Notes: a model not told the origin generated them from the sequence alone. A stretch of DNA of 64,000 bases from a virus (IMGVR_UViG_3300037225_000466:1-64000); one strand, 5' to 3'; shown: positions 20,204 to 29,725, counted from the stretch's first letter. A program made the numbers and translations.

Positions 20204-22908
20204 AAGTACATCCTCCTAAAAGCGTCCTCCATATTTCCCTTCCAGCCAATCGCCGTATTCTGAGCGTAAATATCATATTGTATCATTCGCTGTTTATTCC
20301 AACCGAGTTCTGCGAGTGAGATTATCGTGCAATCTTTGTCATCCTCGAAGACCTCTGAAAAGCAGCAGGCAATTATAATATTATGAGTTTCTCCATACTT
20401 TGCCCTGATTTCAGGCAGGATTAATCTGAAAGTGAGATGGTCGCCCTGACCATTATTCAAAACTATAAATTTATCTTTTTTCAATTCGTACCCACAGCTT
20501 TGTAAATATTCGATTGCCTTTAAATCATCATGCTCCCAGAGCCACGAATCCTTGAAACTCCTAATTCCTCCGCCAGTCATTTCCCTGAAATGCCAGACCG
20601 TTGTTTTATTTGTGACTTTCAGTTTCCAGCCTAAGCGGAAAATCTTGTGAGAGAAAATCGGCTCTTCCTGATGCCCAACTGGACTTAAATTCATAGGGTA
20701 GCCACCCGCCTTAATCCCAATCCATCTACGGTAGATAAAAGTCGAGTAGAGATGCTCAAACTCCCTGTCCTCTCCTGTCCAATGATACCATTCAGGGCAA
20801 ACATCAAAGAAGTTCATCCTATAATTGCAAGACCTTGTGTAAGACGGCAAAGGCATGATTGGTTGATTGGAATGCCAGACGTTCTGTCCTTGAGCTCCAG
20901 TCTGCCAGTCCATGTGGTCTAAAAGAATTTTTAAGGTGTCTGGTTCTGGAATATTATCGTCGTCCAGTCTCCAGATAATATCGCAGTTCGAATCATACAA
21001 CATTCTTTGATGATTCTGGACTTGTCCCTTCATATTGCCCTTGGTCACGAAAACTTGGATTCCCTTATTAAAGAGAAGTCCGAAGATATAAGCGTAAAGT
21101 GGCGGCATATTTTTCTCGAAGTCAATCGCCTCTTCTGAATCGTCATAGATTATAAGTTTCTGCGGCGGTCTGGTCTGCATACAAATTCCGATGATTGCCT
21201 TGTCTAAGGTTTTATAATACCTATACTTAGTCGAAATTTCCGCCCAGACTATCGCTTCTTTGGTGTCGTACCACTTACAGAAAAGCAGGTCCGTCGGTTC
21301 TCCAGTAGGATAAGGCATGAGTTGCCCATTATTCCATAAGTAAAGAATCTCAAACTCAGGTAAGTCCTTTTCCTGAATCCCATGACGGACATGGTGCGGT
21401 TCCCAGAAGCCCACGGGCTCGTTGAAAGGCATAGTGATAATTAGCTTCTTGCAGTATTTCTTTAACTCTTGAGCAATCTGCAAGCCGTTCTCCAAGTGCT
21501 CTAAAACCTCTAAGGCTATAATTGTATCAATAGGTTCAAAGTCTTCTTCTTTTGAAAACTTTTCCATTGCAGCGAGTTGCTCTTCGATGGTATGGCACTC
21601 GAACTTTATATTCTCGGTCCCGTATTCTTTCTCTGCGAGTTTTATAACTTCGGGGTCTTTGTCCACTCCAAGGTATTGTAGGTTAGGGATGTCCTTTAAG
21701 AAGCGGGTTCCGTAACCATTAGAACAGCCGAGTTCAAGGATTCGATTACCTGTAAGACTTCTGCGAGTCCATTCGTAGCGGGACTGTTCCCGAACATAGA
21801 GAGGGTTGTCTTTCAAGAAAATAGCTCTCTCGCAGTTATTGCCGTATTGTTCCTGTGCGTTTTTGGGGAGTTGATTCAAAACTTTTCGCCCTGTTTCTTC
21901 TGCTTGTTTTATAAGATTAGGTGGTGCGATTTTGACAGCTTCTTCGACAGGAATAGTTTTTGCATCTTTCTCAAACCTGCAAACTTCCATAGATATTTGC
22001 ACCGATTTAATTATCTGACCATTCTCAACTTCGTTCCAAAACAAAGGACTTGACTTGGTTTGGGTGAAACCTGCTTCTTTAAGTTTATTCTTAATCAAGT
22101 CGAAGCCTTTGAATTTTGGATTTAGTTCGGCGTGGATTTCCATATAAATATGAGAGAACTTTCTTAAAGTCTGTAAGTCCGAATTAAGGATTATCTCGTA
22201 TTCTGAGCCTTCGACATCGAGTTTTAAGGCAAGGTTTTCTTGACCTTTGACCAAATCCTTTAAAGTAATTGTCTTGGCTTTTTGACCTTTATCGCTGACC
22301 ACAAAAATCTCGCCCTGTTGCTCCAAGAATAAATCGATCTTTCCTACTCCCCAGACAGCCTTATTGACCAAGGTTACTTTGTCCGAAGCCCCGCAATGCT
22401 CAATATTTAATTTAAGCAAAGCAAGATTCTCTTTCGCTGGCTCAACCGCAATAACTTTTTCCGCACCCATCTTTAACGCTAAGAGAGTAACAAACCCTCT
22501 GTTCGCACCGACATCAATTAAGGTCTTGCCTTTAATTTCTTCGCCGAGACCATAGCCATTATTAATAATAACTTCTTTATAAATTCCTTCATGCTGTTTT
22601 TCGAGAAAAGACAAATCCATATTTTGTATGTCTACTGAAACAGGAGCCTCTGTCAGAATTTTTACTCCTTCAACTGCGACTTCGAATATATCTTGTTTTT
22701 GCAGTTCGTCGAATACGTCTCCTGTTTTAATCATTGATTGGACACCGCCCATTTTATAGGGGGGCTTACGTTCTTTTGCTGTTTCAGCAAAATCGTTTTC
22801 TTTTTTGATTGTCATTATCTTTTCCCACCCTCTCCTCGCCGCATCCCTTACGTCCTGCGGAAAATTCTTATTGTTTGCTATGTCTAATAAAGACGGTTCT
22901 TTCTTCAC
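20200..22908 (-). CDS. Multidomain FkbM methyltransferase + class I methyltransferase + GT2 + GT9 N-terminal half
   Basis: IDVGANRG..AVEP..LKLDVEGSE; LELGCSNG..LEVLEHL; IIYDDS..RLDDD; NGQGDHL. Confidence 0.85.
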   Translation of the reverse strand: MKKEPSLLDIANNKNFPQDVRDAARRGWEKIMTIKKENDFAETAKERKPPYKMGGVQSMIKTGDVFDELQKQDIFEVAVEGVKILTEAPVSVDIQNMDLSFLEKQHEGIYKEVIINNGYGLGEEIKGKTLIDVGANRGFVTLLALKMGAEKVIAVEPAKENLALLKLNIEHCGASDKVTLVNKAVWGVGKIDLFLEQQGEIFVVSDKGQKAKTITLKDLVKGQENLALKLDVEGSEYEIILNSDLQTLRKFSHIYMEIHAELNPKFKGFDLIKNKLKEAGFTQTKSSPLFWNEVENGQIIKSVQISMEVCRFEKDAKTIPVEEAVKIAPPNLIKQAEETGRKVLNQLPKNAQEQYGNNCERAIFLKDNPLYVREQSRYEWTRRSLTGNRILELGCSNGYGTRFLKDIPNLQYLGVDKDPEVIKLAEKEYGTENIKFECHTIEEQLAAMEKFSKEEDFEPIDTIIALEVLEHLENGLQIAQELKKYCKKLIITMPFNEPVGFWEPHHVRHGIQEKDLPEFEILYLWNNGQLMPYPTGEPTDLLFCKWYDTKEAIVWAEISTKYRYYKTLDKAIIGICMQTRPPQKLIIYDDSEEAIDFEKNMPPLYAYIFGLLFNKGIQVFVTKGNMKGQVQNHQRMLYDSNCDIIWRLDDDNIPEPDTLKILLDHMDWQTGAQGQNVWHSNQPIMPLPSYTRSCNYRMNFFDVCPEWYHWTGEDREFEHLYSTFIYRRWIGIKAGGYPMNLSPVGHQEEPIFSHKIFRLGWKLKVTNKTTVWHFREMTGGGIRSFKDSWLWEHDDLKAIEYLQSCGYELKKDKFIVLNNGQGDHLTFRLILPEIRAKYGETHNIIIACCFSEVFEDDKDCTIISLAELGWNKQRMIQYDIYAQNTAIGWKGNMEDAFRRMYL

Positions 22909-24722
22909 AGTATCTCCTTAAATGTATCTATAAGTGTTTGTTTTGAAAAATTATTGACTATATATTCTTGGAATGACTTTGTTAAAAATGACAATGAATC
23001 TGGATTGTTGTACACATTTATAATACTACCAGCAAAATGTTCAGGGTCATCGTTCCCAGAAACTATCGGCATCCCCTGCCATCCTATATTCGTTGAAATT
23101 ATCGGTACTCCATAATACATGGCTTCCACCACTTTCCCTTTAACTCCCGCACCATACCTCAAAGGCACTATACAGATTCTTGCGTTTTTATAATACTCGG
23201 CGAGTTCGGGGTCGGTTACAAAGTGGTCTGGGATAACTATGTTTTGTGAGTACTTAAAACTTGCTAAAGTTATATCCAAAGGTATATCTGAACCTATGAT
23301 TGTCAGCTTCATTTCGGGGATTTCTTTTAAAACCAAAGGAAAAATCTCATTAATAAACCATAGGATACCGTCTACGTTGGGGGAGTGTTTGAACCCTCCG
23401 ACAAAAATCAGACCATCACCTAATTGCTCCCTTTTTGGTGGGTCATCATAAACATAGGGCTGAATAACCCGACCTTTTTTAACTAAATCAATTTCTTCCT
23501 GACTCGGATAAAGAATCTCATCGGCTAATTCAAAGATTTCGGTCTCTAATTCATAATACTTTATAAAAGTATGGAAAAGATTCGTCTTCTTTTTAATCTC
23601 ATATTCTTTCCTTGCCCTTAAATAATGTAAGTCATGCCCATAATAAAGAATTTTAGCATGGGTTTTATCTTTTAAGAGTTTAGCCCAATTCAAACTTTCA
23701 GGTCGACAGCACAAAACATAGTCAAATTTACTTGAATTTTCTAAAATAAAGTCTTTTCCCTCAATTATTTCGATTCCATTTTGCTCAAGTTGAGAAGTGT
23801 AAGGTTCTGGAGTTTCTCCATTCAAAGGAAGGAATTTTATATTAAGATTCATTTCAATAAATATGTCCAAAAACGCCATTACAGTCTTATCTCCAGCTCC
23901 TTTGTCGTATTGAGGGATATAATCTATACACAAAATTGTTTTTTTGCCACGACTCCTATCTCTTCCGTGGAAAATATCCATGACTCTTGGACTATATTCG
24001 GATAAGTCCCATTTTTTTGCAAAGATTTTCTGGTGCTCTGTAACTTTAAACTCTTTTTTGCCATCAGCACTCCCTCCGCTTATGTGGACAATCTCACTTA
24101 GAGGTTGATAGACTACTTTTAGTCCAATTTTTCTTACTTTAAAGCAAAAATCCACATCTTCGGTGTATGCAGGATAGTAACGTTCGTCAAATCCGCCACA
24201 TAAATCCCATGTAGAGCGTTTGAACATCATACAGGCACCGCTGGCATAGTCCACTTCTTTGAAATAATTAAATCTCGGAGCGTTAGGATCCTCGCCTACT
24301 CCATAATTTATCGCACTGCCGTCATTAAAGATAATAGCAACGGCTTCTACAAGTGTCCCATCAGGATATACTTGCTTACCACCTACCAATCCAATATCGT
24401 CAGAATATTCAAATGTTCTTTTAAGCCAGTAAAGCCACTTAGACTTAACCATGGTGTCATTATTAAGGAGTACGATATAGTCGTCAGGGTTCATATCTAT
24501 TGCATTGAGAGTATTATTGCAGTTATTGAGATAACCTTGGTTAAAAGAATGGATATAGACAGTAATTCGAGGGTCATGTATATTAAAAAATGGTTGTCCT
24601 TCGGGCGATGCGTCCTCACTAACAATAATTTTATAGTCTCCTTCCGTATTTTTAAGAATTGAGTCTATGCAATTTGCAGTAAGAATCCATTTACCATAAG
24701 TAGGTATAATGATATATATCAA
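22905..24722 (-). CDS. GT2 + GT4 fusion glycosyltransferase
   Basis: IIIPTY, EDAS, LLNNDT, YTEDVDFC; HDLHYLR, GGFKHSPNVDG, PLRYGAGVKGKVVEAM. Confidence 0.9.
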   Translation of the reverse strand: MIYIIIPTYGKWILTANCIDSILKNTEGDYKIIVSEDASPEGQPFFNIHDPRITVYIHSFNQGYLNNCNNTLNAIDMNPDDYIVLLNNDTMVKSKWLYWLKRTFEYSDDIGLVGGKQVYPDGTLVEAVAIIFNDGSAINYGVGEDPNAPRFNYFKEVDYASGACMMFKRSTWDLCGGFDERYYPAYTEDVDFCFKVRKIGLKVVYQPLSEIVHISGGSADGKKEFKVTEHQKIFAKKWDLSEYSPRVMDIFHGRDRSRGKKTILCIDYIPQYDKGAGDKTVMAFLDIFIEMNLNIKFLPLNGETPEPYTSQLEQNGIEIIEGKDFILENSSKFDYVLCCRPESLNWAKLLKDKTHAKILYYGHDLHYLRARKEYEIKKKTNLFHTFIKYYELETEIFELADEILYPSQEEIDLVKKGRVIQPYVYDDPPKREQLGDGLIFVGGFKHSPNVDGILWFINEIFPLVLKEIPEMKLTIIGSDIPLDITLASFKYSQNIVIPDHFVTDPELAEYYKNARICIVPLRYGAGVKGKVVEAMYYGVPIISTNIGWQGMPIVSGNDDPEHFAGSIINVYNNPDSLSFLTKSFQEYIVNNFSKQTLIDTFKEIL

Positions 24723-25105
24723 AACATTTCTCCAGCTTTTTTCTGCAAAATCGTTGGGTCTATTTTTAAGGCTCTATTGCTTGCGGGTTCTTTTTTGACT
24801 AAGGACCCAGGGTTCAGGAGCTCTTGATGGAGTGTTCCGCCGTCGAACCAAACACAGCCGACGATCGGGTAAGTCTCAGGCGTTGGTCCGCATAAAGTCT
24901 TTACAGTCATTGCAGGACCTCCTGATTTCAGATAAACGATGTCTCCTATTTCAAAAGTTTCTATAAATTCAATCTCCTTAATTTTCCCGTACTGTATTCT
25001 AAAAATTGTGTTGCAGTTATAGCATAAATAAAATTGCATTGCATCATTTCTTAGGGGTTGTCCTAAATATTCCGTAGCCTCTGAACCGCATTTTGGACAG
25101 GTCAT
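24719..25105 (-). CDS. Zn ribbon fused to DUF2158/YodC domain
   Basis: CPKC..CYNC; FEIGDIVYLKSGGPAMTV...CVWFDG. Confidence 0.75.
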   Translation of the reverse strand: MTCPKCGSEATEYLGQPLRNDAMQFYLCYNCNTIFRIQYGKIKEIEFIETFEIGDIVYLKSGGPAMTVKTLCGPTPETYPIVGCVWFDGGTLHQELLNPGSLVKKEPASNRALKIDPTILQKKAGEMF

Positions 25106-25375
25106 TTATTCCTCCACCACTTTAAATCCTTCACGGATATTAATTAATTTGCCTTCCGCCCACTTTTTGACTGTTTCCCTGCACTTCTCAATAAAATAAT
25201 CGTCGTTACTTTTCTCTTCTAAGGCACGATGGGCATAGATAACATATTCACCTTCTCTTGCCTCATAAGGTTTACAGATACAATCTGGAGATAAGGTATG
25301 TAAATCCCTTTCCGAAGAAACTTCAAGATGTTTGAATTTCTCAGGATTTTCCTGCATTGCTTCTTCTTTTGTCAT
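25106..25375 (-). CDS. Hypothetical protein
   Basis: H..H..CIC.P..H motif, GGAGG RBS. Confidence 0.55.
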   Translation of the reverse strand: MTKEEAMQENPEKFKHLEVSSERDLHTLSPDCICKPYEAREGEYVIYAHRALEEKSNDDYFIEKCRETVKKWAEGKLINIREGFKVVEE

Positions 25376-25510
25376 TCCTCCACTATATAATAATCAGTTG
25401 CATCCAAAAGGTCTTCATTTAACGGCACTATTTTATCGAGGACGGCTCCGTCATACAATAAAGCCTTCATTCCTTTCCGCCACCAACTCGCCCGCAGTAA
25501 TTACCACCTA

Positions 25511-25550
25511 CAAAAATACCACCATGGACTTCTAATACACTACAAAAATA
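25511..25550 (-). promoter_or_regulatory. Tandem Bacteroidota-type promoters for left arm
   Basis: TATTTTTG on minus strand at 25550-25543 and 25518-25511. Confidence 0.55.
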
Positions 25551-25630
25551 CGAAACTCCCCGCCCAAAAGCAAGAGGTTTCAAACCTAATCCCTACCTAT
25601 TAAGAAAAGCATACTCATATAGGAACTATA

Positions 25631-26385
25631 TTATGTAAACTGACTTTAGGGTAATACTCATAAGTAACTTAAAAATAACAAAACGAGTTCTCTATATAGT
25701 ATGCTAATATACCCTGATTTCTGTAACCAAAGTAGATTTTTCTTAGCCCAAAGAATAAAAGTGTTTTCCCGAAGGTTTCTAAGACTACATTCCTCTAAGT
25801 AGTAATAATAATAAAATACTTGCTTAAGAGTCATAAAAGGCGAAAAAGAGCTATCTTAGCAACATATTTACATTACTAAGTAGTATCGCCAACTAAATCT
25901 GTCTCCAAAATCCGCTGTGGGGTGATTACTTCACTCTCTCATCCTTCAATGTGTCCCCATCCCCCCATCTGTTTTTGAGATTTCTAATCGCAAAAAATAT
26001 ATTTTAGGTTTCTCGATATTTAAATTAACATCCTCTAAGCAAGCAAGCAAACCAGGTATATATATTGATTAGTATATACTTTAAAAAAATAATAGTTAGG
26101 TATATATTTGTATGGTTATTAATGAGTAATCACCTACATGTATTACTTAAATAGAGTAAGTATAATATAGATACTAAGTAAGTGCATTGCAGATATGTGA
26201 TTATGTAAACTAACTTTGCGGGAATGTTGAGTAATCACCTACTTGTTTTAATTACTTTATAGTTATTGCCTGTTTTATGATATAGCTGTATTGTTATAGG
26301 TATATAGTGAAACATTAACGTTTGTTAATACTTAGTTATGTAAACTTACTGATTGTTTATATTGCTTTTTATTTAGTTTACATAA
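25631..26385. repeat. Four exact TTATGTAAACT 11-mers (XerD/RipX-arm-like)
   Basis: 25631, 26201, 26336 (+) and 26375-26385 (-). Confidence 0.75.
25921..26242. repeat. TGAGTAATCACCTAC direct repeats plus an inverted core copy
   Basis: 26123-26137, 26228-26242; GGTGATTACT at 25921-25930. Confidence 0.7.
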
Positions 26386-26530
26386 TATGTACTGTTGAAT
26401 ATTATACAGTTGGTTACTAATATTAGACAGTTGGTTTATATTGTACAGTGTCTTTATTTAGTACAGGTATTGCTATTAATTAAGTTATTGTATTATAAAG
26501 AAGTTATTTATTTTTTATTTATGGGAAATT

Positions 26531-26546
26531 TGGCATAACGTTTGCT
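26531..26546 (+). promoter_or_regulatory. Sigma54 (-24/-12) promoter for early region
   Basis: TGGCATAACGTTTGCT matches TGGCA-N6-TTGC(A/T) with exact GG/GC spacing, about 50 bp before first right-arm gene. Confidence 0.65.
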
Positions 26547-26598
26547 TATTACTATAGTAACTAATTATTTTGTTTAATATTTTTAAAAGGACTGAATT

Positions 26599-26817
26599 AT
26601 GAAAGAAGTTAAATTGTTAGAAAATTACGATATTTGTACTTTTGAAAATCAATCGCAATTTATACGTTATGATTGGGAAAATATGTTTATTAATGAGGTT
26701 ATCTTTATAGAAGACGACCAAAAGTCTGATTATAATCAAGTTGGATATTTTCATGTCATTGCCTTTGCTATTAATTCTATTACTGACAATGAAGTAATCC
26801 TAAGAATAGCAAATTAA
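26599..26817 (+). CDS. First early gene, acidic hypothetical protein
   Basis: 72 aa, AAAAGGA RBS. Confidence 0.6.
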   Translation: MKEVKLLENYDICTFENQSQFIRYDWENMFINEVIFIEDDQKSDYNQVGYFHVIAFAINSITDNEVILRIAN

Positions 26818-26823
26818 TTTTTC

Positions 26824-26894
26824 ACGTGGTTTAACTATTAGTAGTTAAGTAACTCATTATTACAAACCACGTCAAATAATAGCATTAAGCTATT
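26824..26894 (+). ncRNA. Three-way-junction RNA element plus GC-ATTAA-GC hairpin
   Basis: ACGTGGTTT/AAACCACGT stem enclosing two hairpins; AATAGC-ATTAA-GCTATT. Confidence 0.45.
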
Positions 26895-26924
26895 TTATGT
26901 ATAATTTATTTAAAAGGTCTCAAA

Positions 26925-27506
26925 ATGGAAAACTTAACAATTAACAAAAAGTCTGTTAAAGACGAAATTGCAGAATTAGAGGAATTACTATTATCTCCAT
27001 TAATGCAAAACGCAAAACAGGGCACATCATTATTTGTTCTCAAGGCAAGTTCAGAAAAAAGTCTCAATGCCTTAAAAGCTAAGGAACAAACGGAAATTTT
27101 AAACAATGGTTATTCTCAAAGTTTGTTTGAGTGTCTTTCTGTTTTCCATGAAGATTACCCAGAGCTTAAAATTACAGTAGAACAGATTAATAAAATGGTA
27201 GAGAAAGATAAAAATATTGCTCTTGGTGCAAAACAAATTTCTAATGGTACGAAAATTAATACACCTATTAATAGCATTGAGTTTCTTACAATTACTAATG
27301 AGAAACAAGTTTTTGCAGGCGGTTATAATGCTGTCTATAAGCAATTAGGCATTGATATTGAAAGTCTCAAGAGTGCAAACGGTAATTTTAAACCACAGGC
27401 AAGTGGCAATCCTAAGCTAAGGGAAGCACTTAGGGATTTAGGTTATACGGAAATGACCGTAAATTATGAAAACGGTACTAATATTGTTATTGACTTGACT
27501 AAGTAA
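26925..27506 (+). CDS. Early hypothetical protein
   Basis: 193 aa, AAAAGGTCTCAAAATG start context. Confidence 0.7.
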   Translation: MENLTINKKSVKDEIAELEELLLSPLMQNAKQGTSLFVLKASSEKSLNALKAKEQTEILNNGYSQSLFECLSVFHEDYPELKITVEQINKMVEKDKNIALGAKQISNGTKINTPINSIEFLTITNEKQVFAGGYNAVYKQLGIDIESLKSANGNFKPQASGNPKLREALRDLGYTEMTVNYENGTNIVIDLTK

Positions 27507-27513
27507 ATTTATT

Positions 27514-27550
27514 AGGTACGGTTTGCCCGTTGGTTTACCGTACCTTTTTT
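27514..27550 (+). terminator. Rho-independent terminator
   Basis: AGGTACGGT...ACCGTACCT followed by T run. Confidence 0.65.
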
Positions 27551-27664
27551 ATTCTCAAAATAACAAGTAATTAACTTTATTAGTCTTAACTAACAAATTT
27601 AGCCCTATACAAATGTATGGGTAAACAATTTTAAGAGCTTATAAGCTAAAAGGATTGGGTAAAA

Positions 27665-27934
27665 ATGAATGAAAATATAAAATTAATTGAACAATCTCCC
27701 TTTTATGTCATTAGGAATAAAAAGGGATTGTATCTTTTTAGAATGGATGCATCTCCAAAGAATCGTTGGACTAAATCCTGGTCTTATGGATGTTATAGTT
27801 CGATTAGTCTTAAAGAAGCAATTGGCGATAAAAATGAGTTAATTTGTCAAATGATGGATAAAAGCAAACCGTTTATTTGTACTGTTAATTACTCGATTAC
27901 AATTACTAAAACTAAATATCCGAAAAAGGATTAA
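27665..27934 (+). CDS. Early hypothetical protein
   Basis: 89 aa with RBS. Confidence 0.6.
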   Translation: MNENIKLIEQSPFYVIRNKKGLYLFRMDASPKNRWTKSWSYGCYSSISLKEAIGDKNELICQMMDKSKPFICTVNYSITITKTKYPKKD

Positions 27935-27966
27935 ACCTAATTAGGATTCAGGTGAAAGAGAATCCT

Positions 27967-28027
27967 GGCGGAGCAAATGGTTGATGAGAGTTCGATTCTC
28001 TCCGCTCCCCTAATCAGCATTAAGCTG
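27967..28027 (+). ncRNA. tRNA-minihelix mimic 1 plus downstream hairpin
   Basis: GGAGC/GCTCC stem, 11-nt linker, T-arm GAGAG-TTCGATT-CTCTC; then CTAAT CAGC-ATTAA-GCTG. Confidence 0.6.
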
Positions 28028-28058
28028 GATTTGGCAAATTTTATTAAAAGGTCTCAAA

Positions 28059-29117
28059 ATGAATAAAGAAACTGCAATTAACAATTTTAAAGAACAAAAG
28101 ATTAATCGTCGCTGGAAATCAGTGGATTGGAAATCCAATAGACTGTATTGCGAAGGCGATTATCTTTATTCCTATGGACATCACTTTTGCCTTGCTAAAA
28201 GGATGATTCGGGACGATAAACCGTTTTATTTGCTCAATGGTGATACGTATAGTTCGGAAACATCTAAACATCAATCCCATGTTTTAAGAGCTATGAAACC
28301 AAACGAACATACAATCGTATCGTTTACGGCTCTCCAGACAATCGGAGCAAACTATAAAGAAATTCAAGGCGATGATATTCTGGATTTCTCAGGAGCAAAA
28401 ACAATGTTAATCCATTGGAAAAATGATAGGTATTATTTAGGTCTCAAAGGCAATAAACCTTTTGGCTCCAATCAACAAGGAATGCCAATCTGGGAAAAAA
28501 TTGAAAAAGATTCCGAAGGAAAGATTATTCGTAAAGAAGGATACTGGTATATCCTGGGCGGGGTGCTTATCAATGCAAATCTTTCTACCTTAGCTAAAAT
28601 CGGTGATAGGGATTTTGAAAGACAAGTGAACTATAAAGCAAAAATCTATTGTGGGATGGACGAACGGCAATATTTTATTGCTGAACTTAATCCTGATGAA
28701 AACTATTATATCGGCACAACTAATGAGGCTGTCAAATCCTTAATGCCTTCACGTTTACGTAATGATACCGATTCTATTATCATTCGTCAAGGCGAATGGT
28801 TTTTTAGGAAAGTGGATTTTGACTTGGAAAAATTCAGAATCGAAAAGGGATTGAGTAAAACTAAACTTAATAAAGCTATAAAGTTTATTGAGTTACCACG
28901 TCGTAACGATAGAAGTTCAAGGCACGTTGTAAGAGCATTATATCCTGAGAATGGGATTAATGAAGGTTCTACACTTGTTACAGGAAAAGTGTATCATAAA
29001 AATTCATTCAATAATCTTGCAACAGGACAACACGCAATCGTAAATTTAGATGGCTGGTTTCAGTTTTATCATAATACAGAAGTAAGAAGTGTATCGTCTC
29101 AAGGGAAAGTTGATTAA
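28059..29117 (+). CDS. Early hypothetical phage protein
   Basis: 352 aa; LYSYGHHF, YSSETSKHQ, RQGEWFF motifs. Confidence 0.7.
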   Translation: MNKETAINNFKEQKINRRWKSVDWKSNRLYCEGDYLYSYGHHFCLAKRMIRDDKPFYLLNGDTYSSETSKHQSHVLRAMKPNEHTIVSFTALQTIGANYKEIQGDDILDFSGAKTMLIHWKNDRYYLGLKGNKPFGSNQQGMPIWEKIEKDSEGKIIRKEGYWYILGGVLINANLSTLAKIGDRDFERQVNYKAKIYCGMDERQYFIAELNPDENYYIGTTNEAVKSLMPSRLRNDTDSIIIRQGEWFFRKVDFDLEKFRIEKGLSKTKLNKAIKFIELPRRNDRSSRHVVRALYPENGINEGSTLVTGKVYHKNSFNNLATGQHAIVNLDGWFQFYHNTEVRSVSSQGKVD

Positions 29118-29163
29118 TCAGCAAAGGAATCAGGGGAGTTCGATTCTCCCCGCTGATTCTAAT
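29116..29163 (+). ncRNA. tRNA-minihelix mimic 2
   Basis: 7-bp AATCAGC/GCTGATT, 10-nt linker, GGGGAG-TTCGATT-CTCCCC, then CTAAT. Confidence 0.65.
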
Positions 29164-29191
29164 TATTTGTTTCAAATTTAAAAGGTCTACT

Positions 29192-29290
29192 ATGTATCCA
29201 ATTATTTATTTATTGTGCCTTGTGGCGATTATGTTCGGGCTTGGATGCCTCGCATATCCACAATGGACTAAGAAAGATGAGGGTATTTAA
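29192..29290 (+). CDS. 32-aa single-TM peptide (not in ORF track)
   Basis: MYPIIYLLCLVAIMFGLGCLAYPQWTKKDEGI, AAAAGGTCT RBS, stop abuts next ATG. Confidence 0.55.
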   Translation: MYPIIYLLCLVAIMFGLGCLAYPQWTKKDEGI

Positions 29291-29725
29291 ATGGGATGGG
29301 ATTTCTATACCGATAAGAAAATTACCAAAAAAATGGTAGTTAGAGAACTGTCAAACCAATCATTCAAATTAATGAATGGAACAAATTGCAAGGTGGTTGC
29401 ATCTCGACTTGTGTATGATTCGACCGATGATAATACCTGTAATCATTTATGGGTGGTTAAAGAAATTAGCGGGGTTAATGATAAGGGATTACGGATTGTT
29501 GATAACTATGTTATAGTCTTATATCTCCTTAAAAAAGAAAGTGGTTGTTGGGGATATAAAGGTATGGAGGAATCTTGCGAGCCGTTCTATTACGATTGCC
29601 CGTTAGAGTTTTTGGAATACGAACTAAATTATCATACTTGCCCAGATTGGCGTAAAGCTGTCAAGGCATATCATTTCCGCAAAAATCCATTAAGTGTGGT
29701 TTTAGAAGATAAGGAGGATTTATGA
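29291..29725 (+). CDS. DUF6927-like early protein
   Basis: MGW start and GYKGMEESCEPFYYDCP motif. Confidence 0.7.
   Translation: MGWDFYTDKKITKKMVVRELSNQSFKLMNGTNCKVVASRLVYDSTDDNTCNHLWVVKEISGVNDKGLRIVDNYVIVLYLLKKESGCWGYKGMEESCEPFYYDCPLEFLEYELNYHTCPDWRKAVKAYHFRKNPLSVVLEDKEDL

Noticed and set aside
26392-26409. LexA box
   Set aside because: CTGT-N10-ACAG has the wrong spacer for the E. coli type (N8)
25560-26598. CRISPR mini-array or complete dif site
   Set aside because: Repeats are short, irregularly spaced and in both orientations; no convincing XerC arm next to the XerD-like 11-mers
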